Assembly (NCBI GenBank): GCA_043743715.1
Contig: JAYTWK010000055.1
Span: forward strand, 10,242 to 74,241
Direction of reading: 5' to 3'
From: a bacterium
Lineage (GTDB): Bacteria > Patescibacteriota > Minisyncoccia > Phycocordibacterales > UBA6899
DNA length: 64,000 nucleotides
The notes under the pieces were generated by a model. It had not been told where the DNA came from, searched no databases, and saw only the letters and a program-made list of their open reading frames with translations. The first letter of the stretch is position 1. The number at the start of each line of letters is the position of its first letter. A program made the translations under genes and the position numbers. Shown here piece after piece: positions 1 through 10,151 of this stretch.

Positions 1-240
1 TCGTCTCAGGTGACCTGTACAAAGCATTGCGTGAAAAAGTCAGCGGTGATGGCTTTCTTGAATTCCTTCTCGGGAGTAAGCACATCTCAACGCATACGGG
101 ATATCTTCTCCCTGAGGTTACAGGGCAAGGGCTTGAGATTAAAGACAGCCTAAGTTCAAATAAAAAACTACATGGAGGTATTTGGCAATTTTATCGCCGT
201 GTTCGATTCTTACTGAAGCGGATACTTAAAAAGTGACAGG

Positions 241-2244
241 CTAAGGCAATAGAAGAATAGTGCGTAATCCTTTGAGTAGCGCGAGATATTTTTCCTTCTT
301 CTGTGGAGTAAGAGCCTGATATGCGGCAAGCTCGCGCAATTCTTTTGCGATTTTCCAGAGGCAATAATTTGTCAACGTTTCTTTATCTATATACATACCG
401 CTTTTCCCTTCGATCGATTGCTCGTTATAGACCAAAAAGATCTTCGTAGTCCATGACCCATCGGTATCAGTCGTGTAAAAATCGATACTGTCGAATACAC
501 GGCAAGAATGCTCTCGGTAATTCGTCCAATCAATAAAAAATAGAGAGTGCCCGTCGGTTAAAACATTCCCAAGGTGGAGGTCACCGTGAATGGGTGATGT
601 GACTACTTTTGCCTTATGAAGATAATCAGTCCAAAATGACCCGGCCCCATCCAAACTTTCAAGAAAAGTCTTAAGAGGTGTGTAGTCGAGTGCGTCCGTA
701 AGAGACATGGGTAATTCATGTGTAAGTGTTGCTGCTTTTGCGTCTACAAAAAAAGTTTGAATCCTCTCATCATCATAAGAGACATGGGATAATCTTTGGG
801 TAATTGAGATAGGCCCGATAAAACGATACGATGGGATATATTTGTTGAACACTTGATCATTCGCTGCTTTTTTTAAATTTGCGCGTTCTCGCCTCATCTC
901 ATAGAGCGCGCCGACCGACAATGGAACTTTTATGACTACCCTGGGAAGACAAAAAATGAGTGACTGCATTCGCGTTTTTGAAAATCCTATTACTGATGTC
1001 TCTCCTTTAAGTACGATCGGCTGAAATAAGCGCTCGACAAATCTTTTGTCAGCATAAAGCTCTTTGCGGATCATTCGCGTGACATCACTTCTTTTGTGTA
1101 CAGTACTGTCGATGGTGATCTTTTTGCGCGTAAGCAAGGTTTCAGCAACAGACTTCCACTTCGCGTCTTCACTCACAAGTTCAACTCTTGAGATCTCTTT
1201 TTTTCGCTCCCATATGATATCGAGGTCACCAGTGAAGCGTATGACAAGATCAATCGGTGGAATAACGGCTTGATATATATATCTCAACATGTGCCCTCCA
1301 AGAAAAGGAAATCCCGGGACTCTATCGATGAGAAAAAGGCGATAACGGCCATCCCCCTTTTTTTGTGCTACGCGGCAAAAAAGATCGAGCGGGTAAAACA
1401 CGTAAGTTAAGCACTTTCTCAAAACTCTTCCATTGTGCCCGTGATAGAGACGACCAATCAACTCCGAATACCAGTGCTTTTCTCCAAGATAAAGCAGTGA
1501 TGTTTTTATATCAAATTCCTCACAAAGGTCTACAATCGCTGTTGACTTCCCTGCTCCATCCGGGCCTAAGAATAACACGGTGTATCCGAAGCCTGAATGA
1601 AAGTTTTTCTTTGCCGGATATGTTGCAGCTACTTGAGTGAATCTCCGATATATCACTTCTTTGGGAAGCACTCCGCTTACGCCGTCCTTTTTGAGAAGTC
1701 CCGACTCATAAAACGCACGAAGGGTTTCCCAATCTTCAGCATCTGTTGGGGTTTTTATTTCTCCCCTGTATCGAAGGAGATAATCTGAAAACTCATCAAG
1801 ATGTCGATCGGATATGTTCTTTTTCTCAAGCGTAATATGGAGCAGATATATAAGAAGTGCGTAAGTTCCGCTCGGTCGGAATTGCCCCATGCTATTCTTT
1901 ACACCTTGATCAAAAACGTCCTTTGGTTCGTTGGCGACGAGTAGGTTACCGCTCGTATCACGAAATTCAATCCGAAACTTCACATCAAGTGACACGGGCG
2001 CATCCCCATTCGTTGGCAAGAAATAAAAGAATGCATGAATCAGATCTTCAGCCGGCTCACGTCGCATAAGCCAACCAATCTCGCTGAGAAGTTTCAAAAA
2101 GTCTGACTTACTTTCCTCCTCGACAAAAAGATCAATGTCTCCAGCATCATGTGAGCCGTTCTCAAAATGCGACGCCAAAATTGAGCGAATGCCTTTTCGT
2201 TCAAGACTTTGAAACAAGTGGCGGATGGCTGCTGTTCGCGTCAT
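241..2244 (-). CDS. Multi-domain protein with an N-terminal nucleotidyltransferase-like region, a central P-loop NTPase/kinase region and a C-terminal APH/choline-kinase-like phosphotransferase domain.
   Basis: One continuous 667-aa ORF. The N-terminus has GSHDAGDIDLF (GS...DxD nucleotidyltransferase-like). The middle has a Walker A motif GPDGAGKST. The C-terminus has HGDLHLGNVLTDG and FIDWTNY, typical of Brenner-type APH/ChoK kinases. Its stop overlaps the next gene by 4 bp. Confidence 0.5.
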   Translation of the reverse strand: MTRTAAIRHLFQSLERKGIRSILASHFENGSHDAGDIDLFVEEESKSDFLKLLSEIGWLMRREPAEDLIHAFFYFLPTNGDAPVSLDVKFRIEFRDTSGNLLVANEPKDVFDQGVKNSMGQFRPSGTYALLIYLLHITLEKKNISDRHLDEFSDYLLRYRGEIKTPTDAEDWETLRAFYESGLLKKDGVSGVLPKEVIYRRFTQVAATYPAKKNFHSGFGYTVLFLGPDGAGKSTAIVDLCEEFDIKTSLLYLGEKHWYSELIGRLYHGHNGRVLRKCLTYVFYPLDLFCRVAQKKGDGRYRLFLIDRVPGFPFLGGHMLRYIYQAVIPPIDLVIRFTGDLDIIWERKKEISRVELVSEDAKWKSVAETLLTRKKITIDSTVHKRSDVTRMIRKELYADKRFVERLFQPIVLKGETSVIGFSKTRMQSLIFCLPRVVIKVPLSVGALYEMRRERANLKKAANDQVFNKYIPSYRFIGPISITQRLSHVSYDDERIQTFFVDAKAATLTHELPMSLTDALDYTPLKTFLESLDGAGSFWTDYLHKAKVVTSPIHGDLHLGNVLTDGHSLFFIDWTNYREHSCRVFDSIDFYTTDTDGSWTTKIFLVYNEQSIEGKSGMYIDKETLTNYCLWKIAKELRELAAYQALTPQKKEKYLALLKGLRTILLLP

Positions 2245-3761
2245 ACGTGTGAAGACAGAGATCGTTTCGCCTCTTTGACAAATTCATCCAAAAGACCAGG
2301 TAATTCTTTTGTATCCCCTTCTTCCCAGACACGGACATAGTCACACGCAAAGCTGGTATCATACGCTGCAGCAACAAAGTTCTCGAGTCTCCGTTCATAC
2401 TCCGGTGTATGCAAGTTTACCTTCAATAGCTCATTAATTTTTTCTCCCAAGGTTGTCATGTCGGTATGCTTTGTAACATTGGGGAGCTTGAGTGTTGTCC
2501 CAGAGTCACCCATTTGGATTGCAGGCTTATTGAGAAATGCTGCTTCCGCGATGGTACTACTATTGGGACTCACGACTAAGGCAGCACGATCAAGCACGTG
2601 TGCTGAAGGGATTCGGTAATCGATAAAAGCAACATTCACCGTTCGTGCAATTTTCTCGATATACGATGGTGGTCGCATGCCGACCATGGCTGGATGTTCT
2701 TTCACTACCAAGACATAGTCATCGGGTAATGACTGAGCAATGAGTCGCGCAACTTCAATTTGATTGTTAAAAAATGGCGAAGTGACATCAATACTCGCTT
2801 CGGGTTGTACTTGGAGTGGAAAATACACAAAATTTTTGATGGTATCAAATGCATCGTACGAAAAATGATCCATGAATTTTTGATATCGGTCAGCACAAAA
2901 ATGATCACGAAAAATGATACGTGGTGGCCGATAATCGGTAGTGATGCCGAGCCGCTTTACGTAATTTTTTTTCGGATCCATAACCCAACGCAAGCTCTGG
3001 TGGAATGGTGAAAGGATGTGGCGGATCTTTTTAATTAGAGGTCGGCTCTTTTTTAATTTTTGGAAAGGTGTTTCTATCTGTGCCCGCATTCCTCTGCGTA
3101 CTCCGGAAATATATGTTTTTGCCTTATGGCGATTGGCTGACTCAGCACTGCGGTCGAGTTCATCAATACGATCCCAGAAGGGTCCCGCATTATCTTGATA
3201 GCTGTGGGTAAATATCCAACTTCCCTTTATCTTATTGTCAGTAATGGCAAACATAGGCACACCATGGGCTTTGGCATAGAGGCTAAATACAATATGTGGA
3301 AAAGAAACAAAATTGGGAGCAATGATAAGGTCAGGCTTAAATTCGGTGAACATCTTTTTCGTGAGTGCATACATCGCAAGAATGTATTCAACGGTTTCCT
3401 TGTCTGAAACGTTTTGCTTAAAACCATAATAATACTTATCTTTATATGAACGCACGAAACTCCGAAGAGCCCCAACAATCGGCCAGATTGAAACAATCTT
3501 GAGTTCACGACAAACTTCAGTGAGATCGAGTGATGGATCGATATTGTAATCCAAAGGATGCTCGATGACATCGTCGTTACTTTCGATCATTTCGTAAACA
3601 ACCTCTTTCTGGCTACGAATAAACTTATCGCTCGATGGCTTGAAGGTAAGTGCAGCTAAATTGCACCCTTCGCTTTGAAGACGCTTGGCAAGTGGATGGC
3701 CTATTGCAATTGCCCAATTGCGCTGCTGAAAAATGAGAATGCGCTTTCCTGTGAGATTCAT
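2241..3761 (-). CDS. Capsule polysaccharide biosynthesis protein of the KpsC/KpsS/LpsZ (Capsule_synth) family, a putative beta-Kdo or nonulosonate transferase.
   Basis: 506 aa. VVKEHPAMVG... matches the K-x-HP motif region of the KpsC/KpsS family, and the overall length fits. It is translationally coupled to the kinase-fusion ORF. Confidence 0.4.
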   Translation of the reverse strand: MNLTGKRILIFQQRNWAIAIGHPLAKRLQSEGCNLAALTFKPSSDKFIRSQKEVVYEMIESNDDVIEHPLDYNIDPSLDLTEVCRELKIVSIWPIVGALRSFVRSYKDKYYYGFKQNVSDKETVEYILAMYALTKKMFTEFKPDLIIAPNFVSFPHIVFSLYAKAHGVPMFAITDNKIKGSWIFTHSYQDNAGPFWDRIDELDRSAESANRHKAKTYISGVRRGMRAQIETPFQKLKKSRPLIKKIRHILSPFHQSLRWVMDPKKNYVKRLGITTDYRPPRIIFRDHFCADRYQKFMDHFSYDAFDTIKNFVYFPLQVQPEASIDVTSPFFNNQIEVARLIAQSLPDDYVLVVKEHPAMVGMRPPSYIEKIARTVNVAFIDYRIPSAHVLDRAALVVSPNSSTIAEAAFLNKPAIQMGDSGTTLKLPNVTKHTDMTTLGEKINELLKVNLHTPEYERRLENFVAAAYDTSFACDYVRVWEEGDTKELPGLLDEFVKEAKRSLSSHV

Positions 3762-3828
3762 ATTCGACGAAATAAGGTAAGAAATAACATGAATAGTCTA
3801 TCATGATGGCCCCTCTTCGCAACGAGAA

Positions 3829-4602
3829 ATGTGGCTCACAATTGACCATGTTTTCGAGCTAGGCTATCATTCGACCATGATAACAAACGCTGAATTCGAT
3901 AAGTTGTATGAGGCACACGGCTTTGCATCTCAGCGCAAATACCCGAACGAACAACTTATTCAATTTCTCGCAGCAAACTTTTTTGCAATACCAAAAAATG
4001 AACGTGCGGAACACAAGATTCTTGAGCTTGGCTGTGGTAGTGGCGCGAATCTCTGGATGATTGCCAAAGAAGGTTTCGACGCACATGGAACTGATCACTC
4101 TCCTTCGGGCATAGAATTATGTAAACAACTTCTTGATTTCTATAGCGTTACAGCAAAACTTGCCGTTGGCGACTTCCGCAAGCTCGAATATCCCGACAAT
4201 TATTTTGACGCGATTGTTGACATTGTCTCACTTCAGCATACTGACCTACAAGGTCATATTGAGTCATATAAAGAGATCGTGCGATGCCTCAAACCTGGTG
4301 GTAAGTTTTTCTCTTGGCATCTCGGCGATAAAAGCATCTCTTTCCAAAGTCACAAGGGGATATTTCTTGATTCACAGACAATTGACAATATCGGCGTCGG
4401 CTTGCCACTTTCTGGAAATGGACCGACATGTTTCCTTAACCCTGAAATAGCCAAAAAATTGCTCTCGAACGCAGATTTCCAAGCAGTTGAGATAGAACTG
4501 GTAGTTCGAACCTACAGAGAAATGACGCAGTCTGTTGAATACCTTGCAATCTCAGCCACAAAATCTATTACTACTCCTGGACGGTTGAAGTCTCTTTCGT
4601 AG
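3829..4602 (+). CDS. Class I SAM-dependent methyltransferase.
   Basis: Motif I ILELGCGSGANLWMIA and an acidic residue after beta-2 (DAHGTD). Length is 257 aa. It is one of the few plus-strand genes. Confidence 0.7.
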   Translation: MWLTIDHVFELGYHSTMITNAEFDKLYEAHGFASQRKYPNEQLIQFLAANFFAIPKNERAEHKILELGCGSGANLWMIAKEGFDAHGTDHSPSGIELCKQLLDFYSVTAKLAVGDFRKLEYPDNYFDAIVDIVSLQHTDLQGHIESYKEIVRCLKPGGKFFSWHLGDKSISFQSHKGIFLDSQTIDNIGVGLPLSGNGPTCFLNPEIAKKLLSNADFQAVEIELVVRTYREMTQSVEYLAISATKSITTPGRLKSLS

Positions 4603-5803
4603 CACGCATAAAATACAGAAGCAGATCTGCAAAATATTTTGCCGCCCAGTTGAGTGATTGGTAGGATTGATATTCTCCTGAGATTGGCCAACTCCCCCAC
4701 ATTGCACCAATGCCTCCGCCAAGTTTTTCATCAAAATTATTTTGGCAGGTCTTGAGAAATTCTTTTGCCCGTGAGGCTTTTTCCTTGTAAGAGCTTTCGC
4801 CCGACCTCTGATATACCTTCATTGCGGTCACACCAACCTGTGCAATCCCGGTTAAGCACTCAAAGTGAGCAGCTGCCTTCCAATCGCGGTCAAGTCGCCC
4901 TGGAATGTGTCCGTCTGCATCCATCTGTTCGAGTACTCCATCGAGCGCAAGCTTCGCACCATTTACAAACTTTTCTTCACCAAGCAATACTCCAATGTCG
5001 AAGAGGCCATCGATGGTATACCCAATCGTATGAAGGAGTGGACGTTCTGCCTCCCAGAAATCAGAATTATTGAACCATCCATTCTCTTCTTGCACAGCCA
5101 TAGTTGCAAGAGCCGAACGTCGAGCCAGAGCGATCCATTCTTTGTTGCTGAGCGCGACACCCCATGCTCCGACCGGTGCGAGCGCATAGACCATATAGGT
5201 CGTCATGTATTGATCGACAGACGAAGGGTTACCGGTAATGTAGCGACCCTCTTTGTGGTGTTCTTGCTTGGCAATCCACGATATAGCACGCGTAGCCGCA
5301 TGTTTGTAGCGCTCGTCCTTGGTTTCTTTGTATAACGCAAGATACCCGCGTAACACTTGCCCGGTATCGAACACTGCAGGCGCTGCAGGCTTGCCAATGT
5401 TTCCTGCATGAACTGCACCGTCATCACGTTGAATAGCAAGCTCCCACTCACCCATACGTTTTGCCCGATCAAGAAATGTCTCATCACCCGCATATGCTGC
5501 GACATCCATCATTGTAGGAATGATATATCCGGTTGTTTCTGGATATGAAGGCTGCCAACCATCTGCATTTGATTTAGATGAGGGAAGAAGATCATTTCCT
5601 CGACTTACACCATCATCGGGTGTTGCATCTTGAGCACGAGCTATCCATGCTACCGTTCTCTCAAGATGCACTTCGTCGGTTCCGATAAACTTTTGGTTTT
5701 CAGCTGAAAATTTTTTTATCGTGGAGCGTGCGCAAAGTTTTGCACGAAGCATCGCAAGGCGAGCACGCATCTCTTTGTGGTGTGTTTCTTTAAATTCCTT
5801 CAT
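4571..5803 (-). CDS. Predicted (alpha/alpha)6-barrel protein resembling N-acylglucosamine 2-epimerase or six-hairpin glycosidase-like enzymes. Function uncertain.
   Basis: 410 aa, helix-rich with Trp/Gly-rich repeats (DGWQPSYPETTGY, GAWGVAL, ENGWFNNSDFWE) typical of six-hairpin toroid enzymes. No catalytic motif could be confirmed by eye. Confidence 0.3.
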   Translation of the reverse strand: MKEFKETHHKEMRARLAMLRAKLCARSTIKKFSAENQKFIGTDEVHLERTVAWIARAQDATPDDGVSRGNDLLPSSKSNADGWQPSYPETTGYIIPTMMDVAAYAGDETFLDRAKRMGEWELAIQRDDGAVHAGNIGKPAAPAVFDTGQVLRGYLALYKETKDERYKHAATRAISWIAKQEHHKEGRYITGNPSSVDQYMTTYMVYALAPVGAWGVALSNKEWIALARRSALATMAVQEENGWFNNSDFWEAERPLLHTIGYTIDGLFDIGVLLGEEKFVNGAKLALDGVLEQMDADGHIPGRLDRDWKAAAHFECLTGIAQVGVTAMKVYQRSGESSYKEKASRAKEFLKTCQNNFDEKLGGGIGAMWGSWPISGEYQSYQSLNWAAKYFADLLLYFMRATKETSTVQE

Positions 5804-6056
5804 TATAGTGTACCCTCTGATAACAAAAAAACGGCTAAAAAGTTGTATGGGAGCTGCTTTTGCGGCGAACTCTGAGTGTGTCTAGTATACAGAGGACCAC
5901 ACGTATTTCAAATCACTAATACGCTATAACAAAACATAAGCAAAACGACGCAGCACACGAGTATTTCTACTATCGTATCATGACAAGGCAATCAGGATGC
6001 GGTGACTCACTCCATCCCTGGGCTGACGCCATGGGGTATTTGTGTGTGAATAAATA

Positions 6057-6515
6057 TCAAGATTTTAGGCGTGCTATTTTTCTACTGAGTCGATAGTAGA
6101 GCACATCATCTTGTTCTTTTTCAAGAACAAAGCCGACCGACTCTGCCATACTCATCGACGCCTTATTCTCACTCTTTACCTGTGCAGTAAGATTGCCTTC
6201 AAGTGTCTCACATGCCGCTCTCAGCATTGCTTTTCCTATGCCTTTGCCGCGCATAAGAGGGGCAACAGTCCATGAAATTTCATATGAACCGTCGGTATCT
6301 TTATCTGCACGAATAGTCCCTGCAGGAACTCCCTCATGTTCTGCAACAAAAAGAATGCGATCGGGATTCGTGATTACCCCGGCGAGCCATGTGAGGTGGT
6401 TTTCGAGAGGAACGATATCCGTATTGAATGATTGCCTGCGGGTCTCTGGATCATTGCGCCATGTGAGGAGTGCTGCCGCATCATCCATGGTTGCTTTACG
6501 TAAAGTGATCTGCAT
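6057..6515 (-). CDS. GNAT-family N-acetyltransferase, PseH-like candidate.
   Basis: 152 aa. N-terminal LTWRNDPETRR motif as in PseH/WecD-type sugar N-acetyltransferases. GNAT motif A region RGKGIGKAMLRAA. Confidence 0.6.
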   Translation of the reverse strand: MQITLRKATMDDAAALLTWRNDPETRRQSFNTDIVPLENHLTWLAGVITNPDRILFVAEHEGVPAGTIRADKDTDGSYEISWTVAPLMRGKGIGKAMLRAACETLEGNLTAQVKSENKASMSMAESVGFVLEKEQDDVLYYRLSRKIARLKS

Positions 6516-6524
6516 AATAATTTC

Positions 6525-7151
6525 TTATCTGAACTTATAAGTACCCTCTAAGATCTGTTGCCTTCCCTTCTCCTCGATTTCAGCAAGTTGCTTCATCCAA
6601 TCGCTCGCATATGCCGTTTCAATAACGTCACTCCAGAGTGAAGGATCGTTCTCGAGAAGCACGTCTTCCGCTGCGACGAACTCCACCTTTGCATGCTCGA
6701 TAAGTGAGGGAAATTTGAACTCAAGTATTGTCTGCGTGCGCGGTATATGCCAGCGATTGGTCACTACGGAAAATGTCTTCCCGGGATGTTCTTCAGTAAA
6801 TCTGCTGAGCTCGATGAATTCCTGATAAGTATTATTTGACTCCTCTTCGAGTATGATTTTTTCAAGAGGAACTCCGGCATCAGAAAGCTCATCGCGCAAT
6901 ATGTGAGCAAGAAGCGGTCGCGCTTCGGTCGTACCCGAGGGAACGCCATAACCTTTGCCTCCGCCGGTGAAGATCATTGTCTGTGAATGACGGGTTGCAA
7001 GCAATGCGCTTGCCAGGACGCGTAGCTTGCCGCCGGGTGCACCGAAACGCGTCATGTCTTCTCCTGACAGATCAGTACTGATCCATCTGCCTCTACTATC
7101 TTGCTTGATTCCCCCGCAAAGCAGGTGGATATAGTCAAAAGTATTATGCAT
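6525..7151 (-). CDS. DUF218/YdcF-ElyC-SanA-like protein.
   Basis: 208 aa. A central GGG motif (MIFTGGGKGYG) and an overall pattern like DUF218 envelope-biogenesis proteins. Weak call. Confidence 0.35.
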   Translation of the reverse strand: MHNTFDYIHLLCGGIKQDSRGRWISTDLSGEDMTRFGAPGGKLRVLASALLATRHSQTMIFTGGGKGYGVPSGTTEARPLLAHILRDELSDAGVPLEKIILEEESNNTYQEFIELSRFTEEHPGKTFSVVTNRWHIPRTQTILEFKFPSLIEHAKVEFVAAEDVLLENDPSLWSDVIETAYASDWMKQLAEIEEKGRQQILEGTYKFR

Positions 7152-7196
7152 TGCAAATATGACTAGTGCTGAAATGACCAGAATAGTTAAGAATAG

Positions 7197-8273
7197 TTAA
7201 GACTTTTTATCGATCAAATCCCATGATAATGGAGTGCCCATCTCAATGTCTTCTGTAGCGGTCTTGCCGAGTACTTCATCGATATACTTGGTCTCAAGTC
7301 CGTCGCCGGGACGGATCGAGCGGACATTCTTTTCGGTGAATTTTTCGCCTTTTTTGATATCGGCAGAAACAAAGAGTGACCGGCGATAGCGCTTATTCTG
7401 TTCCTCATCCTTGGTGCGTGGTCCATATGTCGGTTTGCCCATCATCATCTCCTGCTCGCGAATCTGGTTCACCATCTCGGTGAACTCCGCTGGATCAAGC
7501 GAGAAACGATCATCAAGGACCGCAGGGTCGTGCTTTACAACCAGGTGTTTTTCAATGATTGATGCCCCGACAGCCGCTGCAAGCACAGGTGCTTTTACTC
7601 CACCCATGTTGTCGGAGAAACCGACTACGACGTCGAACTCGTCCTTCAGATGGTGCATCGTACGCAGATGGGTCTCTTCACGTCGCTCCTTATCTGCATA
7701 TGAAGTAGTACAGTGAAGCACCGCAATATCCCGCGCTCCGGCATCACGCAGCGTCTTTACTGCTTGCGCGACCTCGCCGAGTGTCGCGAAACCCACAGAG
7801 ACGATCACCGGTTTTCCGGTCTTAGCGACTTTGCGCAAAAGAGGAATGTCGGTCGACTCGTATGCAGCAATCTTGAACAACGGCACATCGAGCGAAAGAA
7901 GGAACTCAACTGCCGTGGCATCGAACGGCGATGAGAAGAACTCGAGCCCAAGCTCATGTGCGAGTTTCTGCAGCTTTGGATGCCATTCCCATGGCGTATA
8001 GGCCTCTTTGTAGAGATCGTAAAATGTCTTACCTTTCCAATTGTCCGGATTGCTATCACCATCGACCCTAAACCACTTCTTGGTCGAATTGAGAGTCATG
8101 GTGTCCGGTGTATAGGTCTGGAGTTTCACCGCATCAGCGCCGGCCTTTGCAGCAGCGCGCACGATCGCTTCCGCTTGCGCATAATCCTGCTGATGATTGC
8201 ATGATACTTCGGCGACAATGAATGCCGGCTGACCATAGCCCACTACGCGATTTCCTACATTGAATGTTTTCAT
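7197..8273 (-). CDS. Nonulosonic acid synthase (NeuB/PseI/LegI family).
   Basis: 358 aa. N-terminus GYGQPAFIVAEVSCNHQQDYAQAEAIVRAAAKAGADAVKLQTY is the canonical NeuB TIM-barrel start. A C-terminal SAF/antifreeze-like domain is present (...RSIRPGDGL...). Confidence 0.85.
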   Translation of the reverse strand: MKTFNVGNRVVGYGQPAFIVAEVSCNHQQDYAQAEAIVRAAAKAGADAVKLQTYTPDTMTLNSTKKWFRVDGDSNPDNWKGKTFYDLYKEAYTPWEWHPKLQKLAHELGLEFFSSPFDATAVEFLLSLDVPLFKIAAYESTDIPLLRKVAKTGKPVIVSVGFATLGEVAQAVKTLRDAGARDIAVLHCTTSYADKERREETHLRTMHHLKDEFDVVVGFSDNMGGVKAPVLAAAVGASIIEKHLVVKHDPAVLDDRFSLDPAEFTEMVNQIREQEMMMGKPTYGPRTKDEEQNKRYRRSLFVSADIKKGEKFTEKNVRSIRPGDGLETKYIDEVLGKTATEDIEMGTPLSWDLIDKKS

Positions 8274-8280
8274 AAAAGAA

Positions 8281-9057
8281 TTATTGCTTTATCTTCGTAT
8301 TGTTCGCGATCGACTTCGCGAGCCCTTCATTGCGCTTACTCTTGGTATTTTTCTCTCTTACTTCGGGATGTGCATCGAGCGCAGCAATGTACTCGAGATA
8401 CCCGGCATCCGGTGCAGTATGCTCAATCAAAAAACTGATTACCTCAAAATCCTCGGGCGTGTCCACCGTCAGACGATACGCTGAAGTGTCCGTATCTGCC
8501 GATACCCCTCCCTGACGAAATTCGGGATGATTGCGGATGTACGGGGTCACATGTTCGAGTTCTGAAAAGAGCGTCGCTTTTTCCCCAGCTTCCATGAGCG
8601 CAGCGCGGGAGAACACTTCGACATCCATTCCGTCGGGATAAGTCTCTCCTCCAGAGGGGACGTTGCTCACATAATCAAACTCTGGCTGTTTGAAAAAAGT
8701 GACGACCTTATCAACCACCAGCGGATCGATCAAGGGGCAATCCCCAGTCACCCGCACAATGATATCATATCCGGGAAATTTATTTGCGCTCTCAATATAG
8801 CGTGACAACACATCATCAAGTGAACCTCTCACACACGAGAAATTTATTTTTCGGCACAATCTCTCAATCACGTCATCATCACTCGTGGTACTCGTGGCGA
8901 CCACGATCTTATCAATCGTCATACATCGCGACAAACGCTCAAGTTCATACTGTAGCATCGGTATACCCCCCACATCTTTTAGCACCTTACCTGGAAGCCT
9001 AGTCGAGGACATTCTCGCCTGCATGATCGCCAGAACCTTGTGTGGAGCGTTGTTCAT
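8281..9057 (-). CDS. Acylneuraminate/pseudaminate cytidylyltransferase-like (SpsF/PseF family).
   Basis: 258 aa. N-terminal VLAIMQARMSSTRLPGKVL matches SpsF/PseF-type CMP-sugar synthetases. It overlaps the upstream kinase gene by 4 bp. Confidence 0.75.
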   Translation of the reverse strand: MNNAPHKVLAIMQARMSSTRLPGKVLKDVGGIPMLQYELERLSRCMTIDKIVVATSTTSDDDVIERLCRKINFSCVRGSLDDVLSRYIESANKFPGYDIIVRVTGDCPLIDPLVVDKVVTFFKQPEFDYVSNVPSGGETYPDGMDVEVFSRAALMEAGEKATLFSELEHVTPYIRNHPEFRQGGVSADTDTSAYRLTVDTPEDFEVISFLIEHTAPDAGYLEYIAALDAHPEVREKNTKSKRNEGLAKSIANNTKIKQ

Positions 9058-10151
9058 AGTTCAAAATACTTCGCTTCGGCGATGGTCGCGGTCTGTTTAT
9101 CAAGATCACCCTTCCACGCCGGATTACCATTGAAGTAATAGTCCTTCATTGCATAGGAGAGGCGTGAGAGCGCTTCGTTCCTGATGAAATATGGGATTGA
9201 CTCAAGCTCCCCGCTCGTAAGTGGCTTCACTTCCGAATACGCATCGAGGAAGGCTCGTGTCGCCTCCTTGGTGGCATTATCGATGTCTTCGGGTGCCATA
9301 TGCACAATATATTGGCGAACAAGGCGATGGAGAGAAAATGCGACTGCGCGCATAGGCTCAAGCATACGCAGTGAATCAAGATCGATGATCGCGAGAAGCT
9401 CCGTACCGTCGGTCAGTATGTTGTGCGGGTGAAGGTCAAAATGCACGAGTGAACGTTCAGTATCTGCATACATATCAGGTGCGGTACTCATAAGCGCATC
9501 ACGCAGAAGACCTTCGTGCGAAAGAAGCCGTGCATCAAACTCGGCATCTCCACGTGCGGTATCCGTCTGTTTTGCGGCTAAAAAAATACGCTCCCAAATA
9601 TCCTCATCGTATATGCGCAGATCGAGAGTCGCCTGTGGAAATGCCACTGCCTTGCCAAGTGCTTCTTTGTTCGGAACATCGACAAGGGAGTCATGGAGTT
9701 TTGCAAGCTCATGAGCGACCGATGCTATTTCCGGGAGTGTCCCACGATAATGATTGCCGTCAAGAAATTCAAATGCAGTATATGTGTATGCCCCTTCCCG
9801 CTCAAATGTATTCTCTTCGTTCGAACGTAATATTTTCGGGGCCCGTACTCGCTTTGCTTGTAAATGATCGAGCACGGAGGCCGTCGCTTCAAGGAGTGCC
9901 TTATCGCGTTTCTCGCCGTACCTGCGGATCAATATTACGCGATTCATACCTGCACGTACGAACGTCACCTTGAAATTATTGCTATTGATTTCGGTTTCAT
10001 CTACCTGTTCTACGGAGAGTATCCGATCTCCTTGTTCTCCGTAATGCTTCAGAAATACCTCTATAATCTCCTGATTTACCTCAGGTGCAACCTCTCGATA
10101 GGCAATCTGCCATTTGCTGTGATTATTGGGGAGAAAAATCTGTGATTGCAT
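9054..10151 (-). CDS. APH/choline-kinase-family phosphotransferase.
   Basis: 365 aa. Brenner motif HFDLHPHNILTD and IIDLDSL. Length and glycine-loop region fit the small-molecule kinase fold. Confidence 0.65.
   Translation of the reverse strand: MQSQIFLPNNHSKWQIAYREVAPEVNQEIIEVFLKHYGEQGDRILSVEQVDETEINSNNFKVTFVRAGMNRVILIRRYGEKRDKALLEATASVLDHLQAKRVRAPKILRSNEENTFEREGAYTYTAFEFLDGNHYRGTLPEIASVAHELAKLHDSLVDVPNKEALGKAVAFPQATLDLRIYDEDIWERIFLAAKQTDTARGDAEFDARLLSHEGLLRDALMSTAPDMYADTERSLVHFDLHPHNILTDGTELLAIIDLDSLRMLEPMRAVAFSLHRLVRQYIVHMAPEDIDNATKEATRAFLDAYSEVKPLTSGELESIPYFIRNEALSRLSYAMKDYYFNGNPAWKGDLDKQTATIAEAKYFEL

Noticed and set aside
27-236. 69-aa plus-strand ORF at the window start. Its frame is also open from position 3.
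   Set aside because: No recognisable motif. It could be the 3-prime end of an upstream gene or a spurious ORF, and there is not enough evidence to call it.
4500-4520. GTTCGAACC T-loop-like motif, considered as a possible tRNA.
   Set aside because: It lies inside the methyltransferase coding sequence, and there is no acceptor stem or anticodon-arm complementarity around it.
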